A program made the position numbers and the translations under genes. 64,000 bases of DNA, from positions 351,319 to 415,318 of the forward strand of contig JAHFSX010000002.1 in the NCBI GenBank assembly GCA_023269675.1, in the 5' to 3' direction. This document shows positions 8,924-17,879 of the stretch, piece by piece; positions within the stretch are counted from its first letter, which is position 1, and every line of letters begins with the position of its first letter. Under the pieces are notes generated by a model. It was not told where the DNA came from, did no database searches, and saw nothing but the letters and a program-made list of their open reading frames with translations. This stretch comes from Verrucomicrobiota bacterium (GTDB lineage: Bacteria > Verrucomicrobiota > Kiritimatiellia > RFP12 > UBA1067).

Positions 8924-11914
8924 TCAGGGCTTGGGCGCGCGCAGCTCTTCGGGGCGCACCAGCCGCAGACGCGAAAGCTGCAGCCGGTAGCGGCCGGGCT
9001 CGTCGCGCGCGGGTTCGCCGAGGCGCGTGGCCGCGAGGCGGATGTAGCGCGCCGCGGGATAGCTGATCACCGTGTACAGCTCCAGCGTCAGGCCGCGGGC
9101 GTCAGGCGCCGGGCAGTCCGTGAAGGTCTTGACGGTGGAGAACTTGCCCGGCTCTTTCGCGAGCTGCAGCGTGAAGTCGCGGGGGAAGCCCGCGACCTCA
9201 CGGCCGGCCGCCGCGGCGTCCACGCGCGGCACCAGCACCAGCTGGGCGAGCGTGGTCTCTTCGCCCAAATCGATCTCGATCCACTCGGACGCGTCCGAGG
9301 AGGGATGCGCCTCCGAGCTGTAGCCCTTCTTGGCCTGGTCCTGCCCGGGGGCGAACAGGCCGTCGAGCCCCCACCCGCCCGCCTCATGCGAGCTGGAGGC
9401 CTTGAGCGCGCGCCGTTGGCTCGTCACCGTTGCCGCCTTCGCCAGCGTGGGGTCAGCCAACGCGTCCGCCGCCAGGTCGCAGGCTTCAATCACATAGGCT
9501 CCCGTGCCGAGATTCCGTCCATCGCCGGTCTGGCCGTTCACCAGCAGCCGGCCGCATTTCGGCATCACCGCATCCGCCACGGTTCCCTGCGGCACGGTGA
9601 GCGTCAGCTTAAGCGTCCGTCCGGACAGCTCCCACCCGGCCGTGACCGGGCCGTGCGGCGTGGGCACCACGCCCCTGGCCCACGTGACCTCCTTGACCGG
9701 CTGCGGCCGCACCGTGAAGCGGCGGTAGCCCGGCTCGGTCGGCCGCACCCCCAAGATATAAGCCGAGAAATGCGCCGCGATCGCGGTGTCGGGATGCGAC
9801 TCGTCGCCCCAGCCGCGCGTGATCATGCCCATGCACTCGGTCGTGGTGGCCGCGCCTTTCCAGCCCTCGTCCAGCAGCCGGGTCCAGTTGTGGTCGAAGA
9901 GCGCCTGCAGCGCCGACTGGCTGAAGCCATACTCGAACTTGCCCCGGCTGGCCAGACTCTGGAACTTGCCGTGACCGACCTTCTTCAGGCGCGGCGCGAT
10001 GCGCAGAGCCTGCTCCGGCGCGGCGAGGCCCATCGCCAGCGCCAAGGCGTTGGCCTCGAACCCGAACGTCGGCGTCTCCAGCGCCTCGCGGAAAAAGCCC
10101 TGGGGCTCGTCCCAGAGCTGTTCGAAGATCGCCCGCTTCAGCGCGTCGGCCTGAAGCCGGTGCGCCGCGGCCTCCTCCGTGAGTCCCAGCCGCTCGGCGA
10201 TGCGGGCCGCGTCGGCGAACGTGCCCCAGAGCAGCACATTCATGTAGGCCCGCGTGCGGAGGTCGCCGGAGTTCAGGTTGCCCGCGTGCTTGGAGGTCTC
10301 GGCGCGCTGCACGAACAGGCCGCTCGCCCCCAGGTGGCTCCGCAGGTATCCCAAGAGCCGCGTGACAGCCGGGTAAAGGTCGCGGAGCGTCGCTGTGTCG
10401 TCCGTGTAGAGCAGGTAGTCCCAGGCCACCGGCACGAGCCAGGCCGCGAACTCGTCGGAGGGAAACGGGCCGTACTCGCCCGCGGCGGGCGGCACGCTGC
10501 GCTCGGGGTAGGGCGAGGCGTGGACGTAGCCCTCGGGCGTCTGGTTGAAGGCCAGCATCTTGAGCGAGTCGCGCAGATACGTCGGCTTGGCGAAGGCGTA
10601 GAAGACATTGCGCTCCGCCCAGTAGAGGTCGCCGGACCAGACCAGCCGGTCGCGCTTGGCGCCGTCGGCCACATACGACAGGGTGCGGGGAAACTGCCAC
10701 CCCGACAGGCCTCCCGCGAAGTCATCCGCGAGCAGGACCTGTCCTTGGCTGTCCGTCACGCGGATGTAATCGAAAAGCGGCCACTTCTCTTTGGGCGTAT
10801 AGAACCCCACGCGCCCGGCCGCGAAGGCCGTGTCCGTGGTCTCGTCGATCGCCGCGCCGTCGAGACGCGTGGTCAGGAGCGCGCCGCGGGCGGCGACCGA
10901 AAGCGCGTACGGCTGGCCGTCAGTCAGCGGCGCGGGCAGCTTCTTCTCGCTGATCACCGTATCCTGGCCGTCCGTGCGCCGGAGCAGCCGGAACGCGCCG
11001 TCGAGCGCCACTTCAACCAGATAGGCGTTGCGCGGGTCCTGCGCCCGGAACGCGACGCCGGCCGCGGAGACGTGGTGCGGATTGGAGCGGAGCTCGAAGC
11101 GCGTTTCGACCGTCACGTCGCCCCACGCCGCGCCGGCGGCGCTGAGGCCGACGTCGTCCGCCTGTTCCAGCTTGCGCGGCAGCAGCCAGCCGTCAACGGT
11201 TTTCCACGCGTCGTGGTTCGGGAACGAGGCGATCTGCAGCGTCCAGGTGCTGATGTACCAGAGGCGGTTGAGGCGCTCGTCGCTGCACAGGAAATAGCCG
11301 TCGTGCGGCGAGCGGTCGTAGACGACGCTGTTCACCATGACCACCGCGTCGATGTCCACCGAGGTCGCCTCGGTGTCGAGCTGCACCCGCAGGTAGCGCG
11401 TCTGCCCCTGGATCAGCGGCGCGATGAAGCGTCCCGTGCGCGGGATCGTGTAGCACTCGTGGCGGTTGACGTTGCCGGGCAGGACCGGCAGGTCGAAGGC
11501 CGGCCCCAGATAGCGGGCGCTCGTCTCGCGCGTGAAGTCGCCGGTCTCGGCAAGGCCGTCGGGATGGTTCGCGTAGGCCAGCCGCACGGTCGGCCGTCCG
11601 GTCTTGGCTGTGACGGTGAAGACCGCATAGCCGCCCACGCTCTGCGCTCCGAAATCTAAGATGGCGACCGGCTTCTTACCGCCCTTTTCAAAGGTCAGGC
11701 GGCAGCTCCGGCCGTCCTCGGCGAGCAGGGCGTCGGCACCCTCCACACGTCCTTCCGTCCGCACGACCGCCACCGGTGCGACCCGCTCGGACTGCGGCGT
11801 CAACACGTGCGCGGCGGCCTGTTTCAGCCAGGCCTCCTGCGCCGCGGCGCAACCCGCCCCCAGCAGAACCCAGCCGCACAGACCGACACGCTTGACCATC
11901 AGACCCTTCCCCAT
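8924..11914 (-). CDS. Secreted six-hairpin glycoside hydrolase, GH78-like alpha-L-rhamnosidase family, with a LamG/concanavalin-like insert and a C-terminal F5/8-type-C (discoidin)-like domain. 996 aa.
   Basis: KRDRLVWSGDLYWAER resembles the conserved RERxGWxGD catalytic-region motif of GH78 / bacterial rhamnosidase (alpha/alpha)6 domains. N-terminal signal-like MVKRVGLCGWVLLGAGCAAAQ. C-terminal region resembles discoidin-like carbohydrate-binding folds. The family call is from motif memory and the exact GH family is uncertain. Confidence 0.5.
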   Translation of the reverse strand: MGKGLMVKRVGLCGWVLLGAGCAAAQEAWLKQAAAHVLTPQSERVAPVAVVRTEGRVEGADALLAEDGRSCRLTFEKGGKKPVAILDFGAQSVGGYAVFTVTAKTGRPTVRLAYANHPDGLAETGDFTRETSARYLGPAFDLPVLPGNVNRHECYTIPRTGRFIAPLIQGQTRYLRVQLDTEATSVDIDAVVMVNSVVYDRSPHDGYFLCSDERLNRLWYISTWTLQIASFPNHDAWKTVDGWLLPRKLEQADDVGLSAAGAAWGDVTVETRFELRSNPHHVSAAGVAFRAQDPRNAYLVEVALDGAFRLLRRTDGQDTVISEKKLPAPLTDGQPYALSVAARGALLTTRLDGAAIDETTDTAFAAGRVGFYTPKEKWPLFDYIRVTDSQGQVLLADDFAGGLSGWQFPRTLSYVADGAKRDRLVWSGDLYWAERNVFYAFAKPTYLRDSLKMLAFNQTPEGYVHASPYPERSVPPAAGEYGPFPSDEFAAWLVPVAWDYLLYTDDTATLRDLYPAVTRLLGYLRSHLGASGLFVQRAETSKHAGNLNSGDLRTRAYMNVLLWGTFADAARIAERLGLTEEAAAHRLQADALKRAIFEQLWDEPQGFFREALETPTFGFEANALALAMGLAAPEQALRIAPRLKKVGHGKFQSLASRGKFEYGFSQSALQALFDHNWTRLLDEGWKGAATTTECMGMITRGWGDESHPDTAIAAHFSAYILGVRPTEPGYRRFTVRPQPVKEVTWARGVVPTPHGPVTAGWELSGRTLKLTLTVPQGTVADAVMPKCGRLLVNGQTGDGRNLGTGAYVIEACDLAADALADPTLAKAATVTSQRRALKASSSHEAGGWGLDGLFAPGQDQAKKGYSSEAHPSSDASEWIEIDLGEETTLAQLVLVPRVDAAAAGREVAGFPRDFTLQLAKEPGKFSTVKTFTDCPAPDARGLTLELYTVISYPAARYIRLAATRLGEPARDEPGRYRLQLSRLRLVRPEELRAPKP

Positions 11915-11930
11915 GCTTTGCCCCTCTCCC

Positions 11931-14441
11931 TCAGTTGATGCGAATCAGCGTCCCCAAGGCCGGCGGCGGCACGAACACGGTGAGCCGCAGGTCGTCCACC
12001 ACAACCGCCCCGTTCGTGATCGAGGGTTTTCCGACCGTGTCCGTCGTGAAAACCACCTCTGTCCGAACCCCTGTCGCGTTACCGGGCACCACGCCCGAGA
12101 CGACATGTGGCATGTACTCGTTCTTTTGATACGTCGGAAGCAACGGATTCGTGTCGTTGACGCTTCCGATCTTCGCGCTGCCATTCAACCAAAACAACTG
12201 GAACTCGACTTTCTGGCTCGTATTGGTCACGAGCGGTTCGTCGCTGTTATGCCTCACATACCCGCTGAAAGTCACCAGTTTACCCGTGAGGCTGGAGTCG
12301 TTGATGTCCTGGCATATCTTGATCGTGTTGCTCGGATTGGCTGACTGGTCGCCATTGACAGACATGCGGTAAGCGTACCCGCCTGTGCGGAACAGCCCGT
12401 TCGTCCGCAACCCCAGAAAACCGTTGGCTTCCGAGATCCAGTTGGATGCCGCCACTCCCGAGCCCCATTCGAAACCGCTGTTCGCCAGATAGCTGTCTGT
12501 ATAAGGGAACTCCCCCGACAGTGCGGCACGGTAGCTGGCGGTCGCCGGGTTCGACGCGCCCCAACGCACCCCTCTCGGTCCAAACGGATACTGCATCGCG
12601 TCGATGTTGGCCCGGATAACGGCGTAATCGCCCGGTTTCGCGCCGTTTCTATAAAGTCCGTTGAGCCATTGCTTGAACGCCGTCTCCTGAGAACCCGCGG
12701 GCGTCCAAACGGTTCCGACCGCAACCGTCTGCCCCGACGTCACGACGTTGTCAGAGATTTTAAAGGGCTGACGCCCGCTGAGAAGTAGCCGGGTATCGAC
12801 GTCATTCGTCAAGAACCACGCGTTGTTCAATGTGGGCGTCGACACGTATCCCAACCCCCACACATCGATGTTGGCGCCCGACAGCGCGCCATTGAACTCC
12901 GCTACCGTAAGCGCAAGTTTTGCGGAAGTCACCGGCTGTTCCGGCAGGGCAAAGAACGCGATGCCGTTATAGTCAATGCCCGTACCCGCCACCCCGCTAA
13001 TCAGGTCATTCGCCGTACTGGTCCCACTTAAAAAAACCGTCCCGTCTTTCACATGGCTGTAATGCTTAAACTTGCCCGCGAACACGGATTCATCCGTCAG
13101 GGTGACCGTCAGTTTCGGGCGGTACGCCGTATTAGCATGACTCGATGCGCCAAACCGGATGTTTCTTTGGTCCGTTGTGGGCATCACCGCATCCGGGTTG
13201 GTGCGGATGACGACATAATCGCCGGGCTGAGCGCCTTTCTCATACAATTCGTTGAGATAAACGGTCAGGTTGGTACGCTGCGCTGCATTCAGCTGAAACA
13301 CGTTTCCGTTGTTTGCGGCCTGATTCACGGGCACGAGGTTGTCGGCAATCTTGGTCGGTGGCGTGCTGTTGAGGAGACTCCGCGAATCGGTGTCCGCCTG
13401 CAGGAGCCAAGACGCACTCATCGAGGGCGTGCCCATGTAGCCCAGCGCCCAGACATCGATGTTGGCGTTGGTCAATGTTCCAGCCGAAGAAACCGTAAAA
13501 ATCAGGTTGCCATCCAAAATGCGGGTTGTCGGCAATTGAAAAAACGCGATGCCGTTGTACATGACGTTGCCCGCCGCGATACCGTTGATCAGATCCTGCG
13601 TGCTGAACACCCCCGACGACCCATAAATACTTCCGTCGGCAGCATGGCTGGAGATCTCAACCGTTTCGGTGTATTGATCTAAGACCGTGACCGGCGTTTC
13701 GGCAGGCGGGAGCGAGATGCCGAACTTGTTGGTGTAGGCGCCGCTCATGGCCGTGCCCAGACGAGTCAGCTCCGAGGATGTCAAATGCCACATATCCGTC
13801 CGCGTGTAACCGCGCGTGTCCGCATACGCGAACTGAGGCCCGGACCCTTGCGCGATCTGATAGGCGCGCAGATAATCGATGTCGGCGCGCGTCCGCCCTC
13901 CCGTATTGGCCGGATCGTCATAATACGGATCGGGGTTGCCGTCGATGACGGCGTAAGTGAAACGGATGTCGTTCGTCAGGCCCAGATCCCGCTTCAGCTG
14001 CGCCAACATACCGCCCACCCTGTTCGTGTAGGCGTCCATGGTGGCGGTGCTGCCGGTGTCGCTCTCGCCTTGGAACCAGAATATCCCCTTAACGACGGCC
14101 ACATCACCCGCATTGGTGATCGCGCGGATCTGCGACTGCAGGATGCCCGTGCCGGCAACGTTCCAGAAGTCGTTGCTGTAATTGACCTGCGGTTCTGTCG
14201 TGAACCACTGACTCAAAGCGTTCCCTGCATGGCCCGCGGCAGCCATCACAAGGGTCGAACCGTAACCTGCCTGCAGGCCGCCGGCGATGGCTGAGGACCA
14301 TTCGGCTTTTGCGTTCGACTGTCCGCCGGCGAAGAACACGTTCACCGTCTTGGCCTGCGCCGTTGAAAAGGCCAGCCCGACCGTCGCCACGAGCATCATG
14401 ATCATCCGCATTGCCATACCCCCTGAACTTTTAATTCGCAT
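11931..14441 (-). CDS. Secreted multidomain carbohydrate esterase: N-terminal SASA/DUF303 sialate-O-acetylesterase-like (SGNH-type) domain, then two tandem ~170 aa repeat domains and a C-terminal beta-sandwich. 836 aa.
   Basis: Signal peptide MRMIMMLVATVGLAFSTAQA. VNVFFAGGQSNAKAEW matches the GQSNM-type active-site block of SASA-family esterases. Internal repeats LINGIAAGNVMYNGIAFFQLP...NIDVWALGY...PGDYVVIRTNPDA and LISGVAGTGIDYNGIAFFALP...NIDVWGLGY...PGDYAVIRANIDA. Confidence 0.55.
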   Translation of the reverse strand: MRIKSSGGMAMRMIMMLVATVGLAFSTAQAKTVNVFFAGGQSNAKAEWSSAIAGGLQAGYGSTLVMAAAGHAGNALSQWFTTEPQVNYSNDFWNVAGTGILQSQIRAITNAGDVAVVKGIFWFQGESDTGSTATMDAYTNRVGGMLAQLKRDLGLTNDIRFTYAVIDGNPDPYYDDPANTGGRTRADIDYLRAYQIAQGSGPQFAYADTRGYTRTDMWHLTSSELTRLGTAMSGAYTNKFGISLPPAETPVTVLDQYTETVEISSHAADGSIYGSSGVFSTQDLINGIAAGNVMYNGIAFFQLPTTRILDGNLIFTVSSAGTLTNANIDVWALGYMGTPSMSASWLLQADTDSRSLLNSTPPTKIADNLVPVNQAANNGNVFQLNAAQRTNLTVYLNELYEKGAQPGDYVVIRTNPDAVMPTTDQRNIRFGASSHANTAYRPKLTVTLTDESVFAGKFKHYSHVKDGTVFLSGTSTANDLISGVAGTGIDYNGIAFFALPEQPVTSAKLALTVAEFNGALSGANIDVWGLGYVSTPTLNNAWFLTNDVDTRLLLSGRQPFKISDNVVTSGQTVAVGTVWTPAGSQETAFKQWLNGLYRNGAKPGDYAVIRANIDAMQYPFGPRGVRWGASNPATASYRAALSGEFPYTDSYLANSGFEWGSGVAASNWISEANGFLGLRTNGLFRTGGYAYRMSVNGDQSANPSNTIKICQDINDSSLTGKLVTFSGYVRHNSDEPLVTNTSQKVEFQLFWLNGSAKIGSVNDTNPLLPTYQKNEYMPHVVSGVVPGNATGVRTEVVFTTDTVGKPSITNGAVVVDDLRLTVFVPPPALGTLIRIN

Positions 14442-14516
14442 CCGCCTGCCGCAAATATACCAGTAATTAAGTAGGCTCGGCCAGCGCGAAACCGGACGCG
14501 GTGCGAAATCTAGCTC

Positions 14517-14972
14517 TCACACGGGGAACTTGAACCGCTGTTCAAAGGGGAAGGCGTCATCGAGATGCCGGATGACCGGTTCGCCCTCCTCGGGCTGCCC
14601 CAGCACCTCGACCACGTCGAAGCGGTAATACAGGTCGGGGAAGCCCGCCCGGCGCAGATAGGCCGCGGTCGCGCGGTTGAGCGCATGGCGCTTGTCCCGG
14701 TCCACCGCCATCACGGGGCGGCCGAACTCCTCGCGCCGCCGCGTCTTGACCTCGACGAAGACCAGGGTCTCGCCGATGCGCGCCACGATGTCGATCTCGC
14801 CGCGCTTATCCGGACGCACGTTGCGCCCCAGCAGCGTGTAGCCCTTCGCCTTCAGGTACGCGGCCGCCCGCTCCTCGCCCCACGCGCCCACGACGGCCGA
14901 GCGCGGCAGCGGCTTTTCGCCGCCGCGTCCGGTCAAGCGCTGAAGGAGTTTGGTGAGAAGCGCCATCCGCAT
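14517..14972 (-). CDS. yraN: YraN-family (UPF0102) predicted endonuclease
   Basis: [48 protein letters not shown] is the characteristic YraN/UPF0102 core. Confidence 0.8.
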   Translation of the reverse strand: MRMALLTKLLQRLTGRGGEKPLPRSAVVGAWGEERAAAYLKAKGYTLLGRNVRPDKRGEIDIVARIGETLVFVEVKTRRREEFGRPVMAVDRDKRHALNRATAAYLRRAGFPDLYYRFDVVEVLGQPEEGEPVIRHLDDAFPFEQRFKFPV

Positions 14973-15239
14973 TCCTTTTCAAGTGACGCACGCGTGCATT
15001 CAGGCGGGGACACCACCCCGAGGCCTCCGCGTGTCGTGTCCCGCCAATAACAGGACAGGCTCGTTATTGCTTGCGGGGGATCATCCCGTTCGTAGTACCG
15101 CCTTCAGGCGGAATCTCGGGTCAATCCGTCCTTTCTTTCCGCCTAAAGGCGGCGCGACAAACTTGAGCTCGGGCATAGCCATTTACGGGACACGACACTC
15201 GCGTAACCAGAACCAGACAGATCCTTCACCACCCAGGCT

Positions 15240-15312
15240 CCAAGGGCACGGAGCTCACCAAGGCTCGTCTTTGTGAACTTGGTGCGCTTTGTGCCTTGGC
15301 GGTTAAGATCAA
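15240..15312. repeat. Single copy of the CACCAAG/CTTGGTG palindromic repeat family (see 31871..32151)
   Basis: caccaaggctcgtctttgtgaacttggtgcgctttgtgccttggcggttaag resembles the units at 31415-31496, 27030-27090 and the tandem array at 31871-32151. Confidence 0.35.
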
Positions 15313-15321
15313 GTCGCCGAA

Positions 15322-15906
15322 TCAGCCCTGCACGGCTTGGCGTCCGGCCTCGAAGGCCTTGATGTTCATGTCGAGCAGCTTGGCGGGGATGCGTTCCCGC
15401 ATGGCCTGCTCCCAGACGTCGGCGCCGAAGGGCGTCAGGGTGGAGAGCGCGCCCGCGAGCACCATGTTCATGGCGCGGGTGTTGCCGAGCGTCTGCGCGA
15501 GCGCCATGGCGTCGACGTACAGCGCGCCGGGATACTCGGCCTTGAGCCGCGCGTCCAGGTCCGCCACGGCGGGCTGCTGCCCGCTCGACACCGTGATCGG
15601 CGTCATGTTCATGTCGTTGATTAGCACCTTGCCGTCCGGCGCCAGCAAATGCCTCCAGCGCAAGGCCTCCAGCCGCTCGAACGAGACCAGCAGGTCGCTC
15701 ATGCCGTCCGCGATGATCGGCGAGTAGACCTTCTCGCCGAACCGCACCTGGCTAATCACGCTGCCGCCGCGCTGCGCCATGCCGTGGATCTCGCTCTTCT
15801 TGACGTCCAGTCCGGCCAGCGTCGCCGTCTTCGCCAGAATATCGCTGGTGAGCAGGATGCCCTGCCCGCCCACACCGACCAGAGAAACATTCATCGTCTT
15901 CATCAA
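15322..15906 (-). CDS. iorB: Indolepyruvate:ferredoxin oxidoreductase subunit beta
   Basis: MKTMNVSLVGVGGQGILLTSDILAKTATLAGLDVKKSEIHGMAQRGGSVISQVRFG is the typical IorB / 2-oxoacid:Fd oxidoreductase gamma-like N-terminus. SD gaaggag 8 nt before the ATG. Directly downstream of iorA. Confidence 0.85.
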   Translation of the reverse strand: MMKTMNVSLVGVGGQGILLTSDILAKTATLAGLDVKKSEIHGMAQRGGSVISQVRFGEKVYSPIIADGMSDLLVSFERLEALRWRHLLAPDGKVLINDMNMTPITVSSGQQPAVADLDARLKAEYPGALYVDAMALAQTLGNTRAMNMVLAGALSTLTPFGADVWEQAMRERIPAKLLDMNIKAFEAGRQAVQG

Positions 15907-16014
15907 AAATCTCCTTCGCTACGCGTAGTCGTTTTGCGTTACCGGTTACACGTTACGGTTGGTTGTTTTCAGCAACCTGTAACCCTGAACGTGTAACCTG
16001 TAACTCTCACGGTC
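15907..16014 (-). promoter_or_regulatory. Dyad-symmetric intercistronic element between iorA and iorB
   Basis: In gene orientation: gagttacaggttacacgttcagggttacaggttgctgaaaacaaccaaccgtaacgtgtaaccggtaacgc. GTTACACGTT...AACGTGTAAC is a 10 bp inverted repeat enclosing a ggttg-ctgaaaa-caacc hairpin. GGTTACAGGTT direct repeats. Confidence 0.3.
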
Positions 16015-17802
16015 TTACCGGATTTTCGTAATCGCGTCGAACTTGCAGGTCTGCCGGCACAGATCGCACCCCGAGCACTGCACGGGGTCGATGTGCGACT
16101 TGAAACGCTTGCCGTCCGCGACCGCCTCGCCGCGCTCGATGGCCGGGCAGCCCAGTTTGAAGCAGGCGCCGCACGCCTTGCACTTGGCGGGATCCACCTC
16201 GTAGGTGCCCGCGTTCATCAGCTTCGCCGCCAGGCGGCACGGGCCGCCCGCGATCACGACCGAGGGCTCGTGCGAATCCAGCTCCTCCTTCAGCACGCGC
16301 TCCAGCGCCACCAGGTCATAGGCGTCCACCTTCACCACGCGCTTGAAGCCGATGGCCTTGGCGACCTCGGCGATGTCCGTGACCGGCGCGGGCTCGCCGC
16401 ACAGGGTCTTGCCGGAACCGGGGTTCTCCTGGTGGCCGGTCATGCCGGTGATGCGGTTGTCGAGCACGATGGTCGTGATCGTTCCGCCGTTGTACAGCAC
16501 GTTCAGGATGCCGGTCATGCCGGAGTGGAAGAAGGTCGAGTCGCCGAGCACCGCGCAGATCCGGCCCTGCATGCCGGCCTTCTCCATGCCGAAGGCGTTG
16601 CCGATGCTGGCGCCCATGCAGATCGTCGTGTCCATGGCGTTGAGCGGAGGAAAGGCGCCCAGCGTATAGCAGCCGATATCGCCGGTCACCGTCGCGCCCA
16701 GCTTGGACAGCGTGTAGAACACGCCGCGGTGGCTGCAGCCCGCGCACAGCACCGGCGGACGCGTCGGCAGCCCCGTGTCGGCGCGGTGCGCCGCTGGCGC
16801 CTCGACGTCGCCCAGCAGCTCCTTGCGCAGCGCCATGAGCCGCACGGGGTTCATCTCCAGCATGTTGAGCTCGGTCGTGTGCTCCACGACCTGAACGCCC
16901 ATGGCACGCACCTGCTCCTCCATGAAGGGGTCCAGCTCCTCGATCACCAGCACGCGGTCCACGCCCGCCGCGAAGCGCTTGACCAGGTCCGAGGGGAAGG
17001 GGTTGGCGAAGCCCAGCTTCAGCACGCTGAACTCGGGGAAGACCTCTTTCACGAACTGATAAGTCACGCCGGAGGTGATGATGCCCAGACGCGTGTCGCC
17101 CGCCTCGATGCGGTTGAAGGGCGTCTCGCAGCCGAACGCGCGCAGCGCCTCGGTGCGCTCCTGGGCCCGCACCCGCTGCGGCCGCGCGAACATCGGCACG
17201 GGAATGTAGCGCCGGATGTCCTTCACGTAGGGCTTGCGCTCGACCTGGCCCGGCCCGAAATCGTCGCCCACATCCACCACCGTCGAGGTGTGCGAGGTGC
17301 GCGTCGTCAGCCGGATGAACGCCGGCACCTGATACTTCTCGGACAGCTCGAAGGCCGCGATCACCATGTCGAAGGTCTCCTGGCTGTCGGCCGGCTCGAA
17401 GAGCGCGGCGCGCGCGAACTTGACCAGGACGCGCGAGTCCTGCTCGTTCTGCGAGCTGTGCATGCCCGGGTCGTCGGCCGTGATGATCACCAGTCCGCCG
17501 TTGGCGCCCACGTAGGTGTAGGTCATCAGCGGGTCCATCGCCACGTTCAGGCCGACATGCTTCATGGCGGTCAGGGCGCGCGCGCCCGCGATCGACGCGC
17601 CGATCGCGACTTCCATCGCGACCTTCTCGTTGACGGCCCATTCGCAGTTGATCGTGTCCTTGAACTTGGCCACGTTCTCCAGAATCTCGGTGCTCGGCGT
17701 CCCGGGATAGGCGGATGCCACCGCGCATCCGGCCTTGCAGGCGGCCCAGGCGACCGCCTCATTCGCTGACAACAATACTTTCTGACTCATCGTTTTCTCC
17801 AT
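16015..17802 (-). CDS. iorA: Indolepyruvate:ferredoxin oxidoreductase subunit alpha (TPP-binding, C-terminal 2x[4Fe-4S])
   Basis: 595 aa. TPP-enzyme blocks (GDSTFFHSGMTGILNVLYNGG). C-terminal ferredoxin motifs CKACGACFKLGCP and CSGCDLCRQTCKF. Confidence 0.9.
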   Translation of the reverse strand: MEKTMSQKVLLSANEAVAWAACKAGCAVASAYPGTPSTEILENVAKFKDTINCEWAVNEKVAMEVAIGASIAGARALTAMKHVGLNVAMDPLMTYTYVGANGGLVIITADDPGMHSSQNEQDSRVLVKFARAALFEPADSQETFDMVIAAFELSEKYQVPAFIRLTTRTSHTSTVVDVGDDFGPGQVERKPYVKDIRRYIPVPMFARPQRVRAQERTEALRAFGCETPFNRIEAGDTRLGIITSGVTYQFVKEVFPEFSVLKLGFANPFPSDLVKRFAAGVDRVLVIEELDPFMEEQVRAMGVQVVEHTTELNMLEMNPVRLMALRKELLGDVEAPAAHRADTGLPTRPPVLCAGCSHRGVFYTLSKLGATVTGDIGCYTLGAFPPLNAMDTTICMGASIGNAFGMEKAGMQGRICAVLGDSTFFHSGMTGILNVLYNGGTITTIVLDNRITGMTGHQENPGSGKTLCGEPAPVTDIAEVAKAIGFKRVVKVDAYDLVALERVLKEELDSHEPSVVIAGGPCRLAAKLMNAGTYEVDPAKCKACGACFKLGCPAIERGEAVADGKRFKSHIDPVQCSGCDLCRQTCKFDAITKIR

Positions 17803-17879
17803 TCAATCATCGCATCTTCGCAGACATCGGGTTTGCGGCGCGGGCGCGACCCGCGCCTGGCCGCCGCCTCGTGACCCGG

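Noticed and set aside
15050-15240. Possible tRNA/small RNA between yraN and iorB (two similar hairpins ccgccttcaggcgg / ccgcctaaaggcgg, ggttcg-like strings)
   Set aside because: No cloverleaf can be drawn (no acceptor stem/T-loop GTTCRANYC in register). No matches to SRP, RNase P or tmRNA conserved blocks I know. Left as unexplained hairpins.
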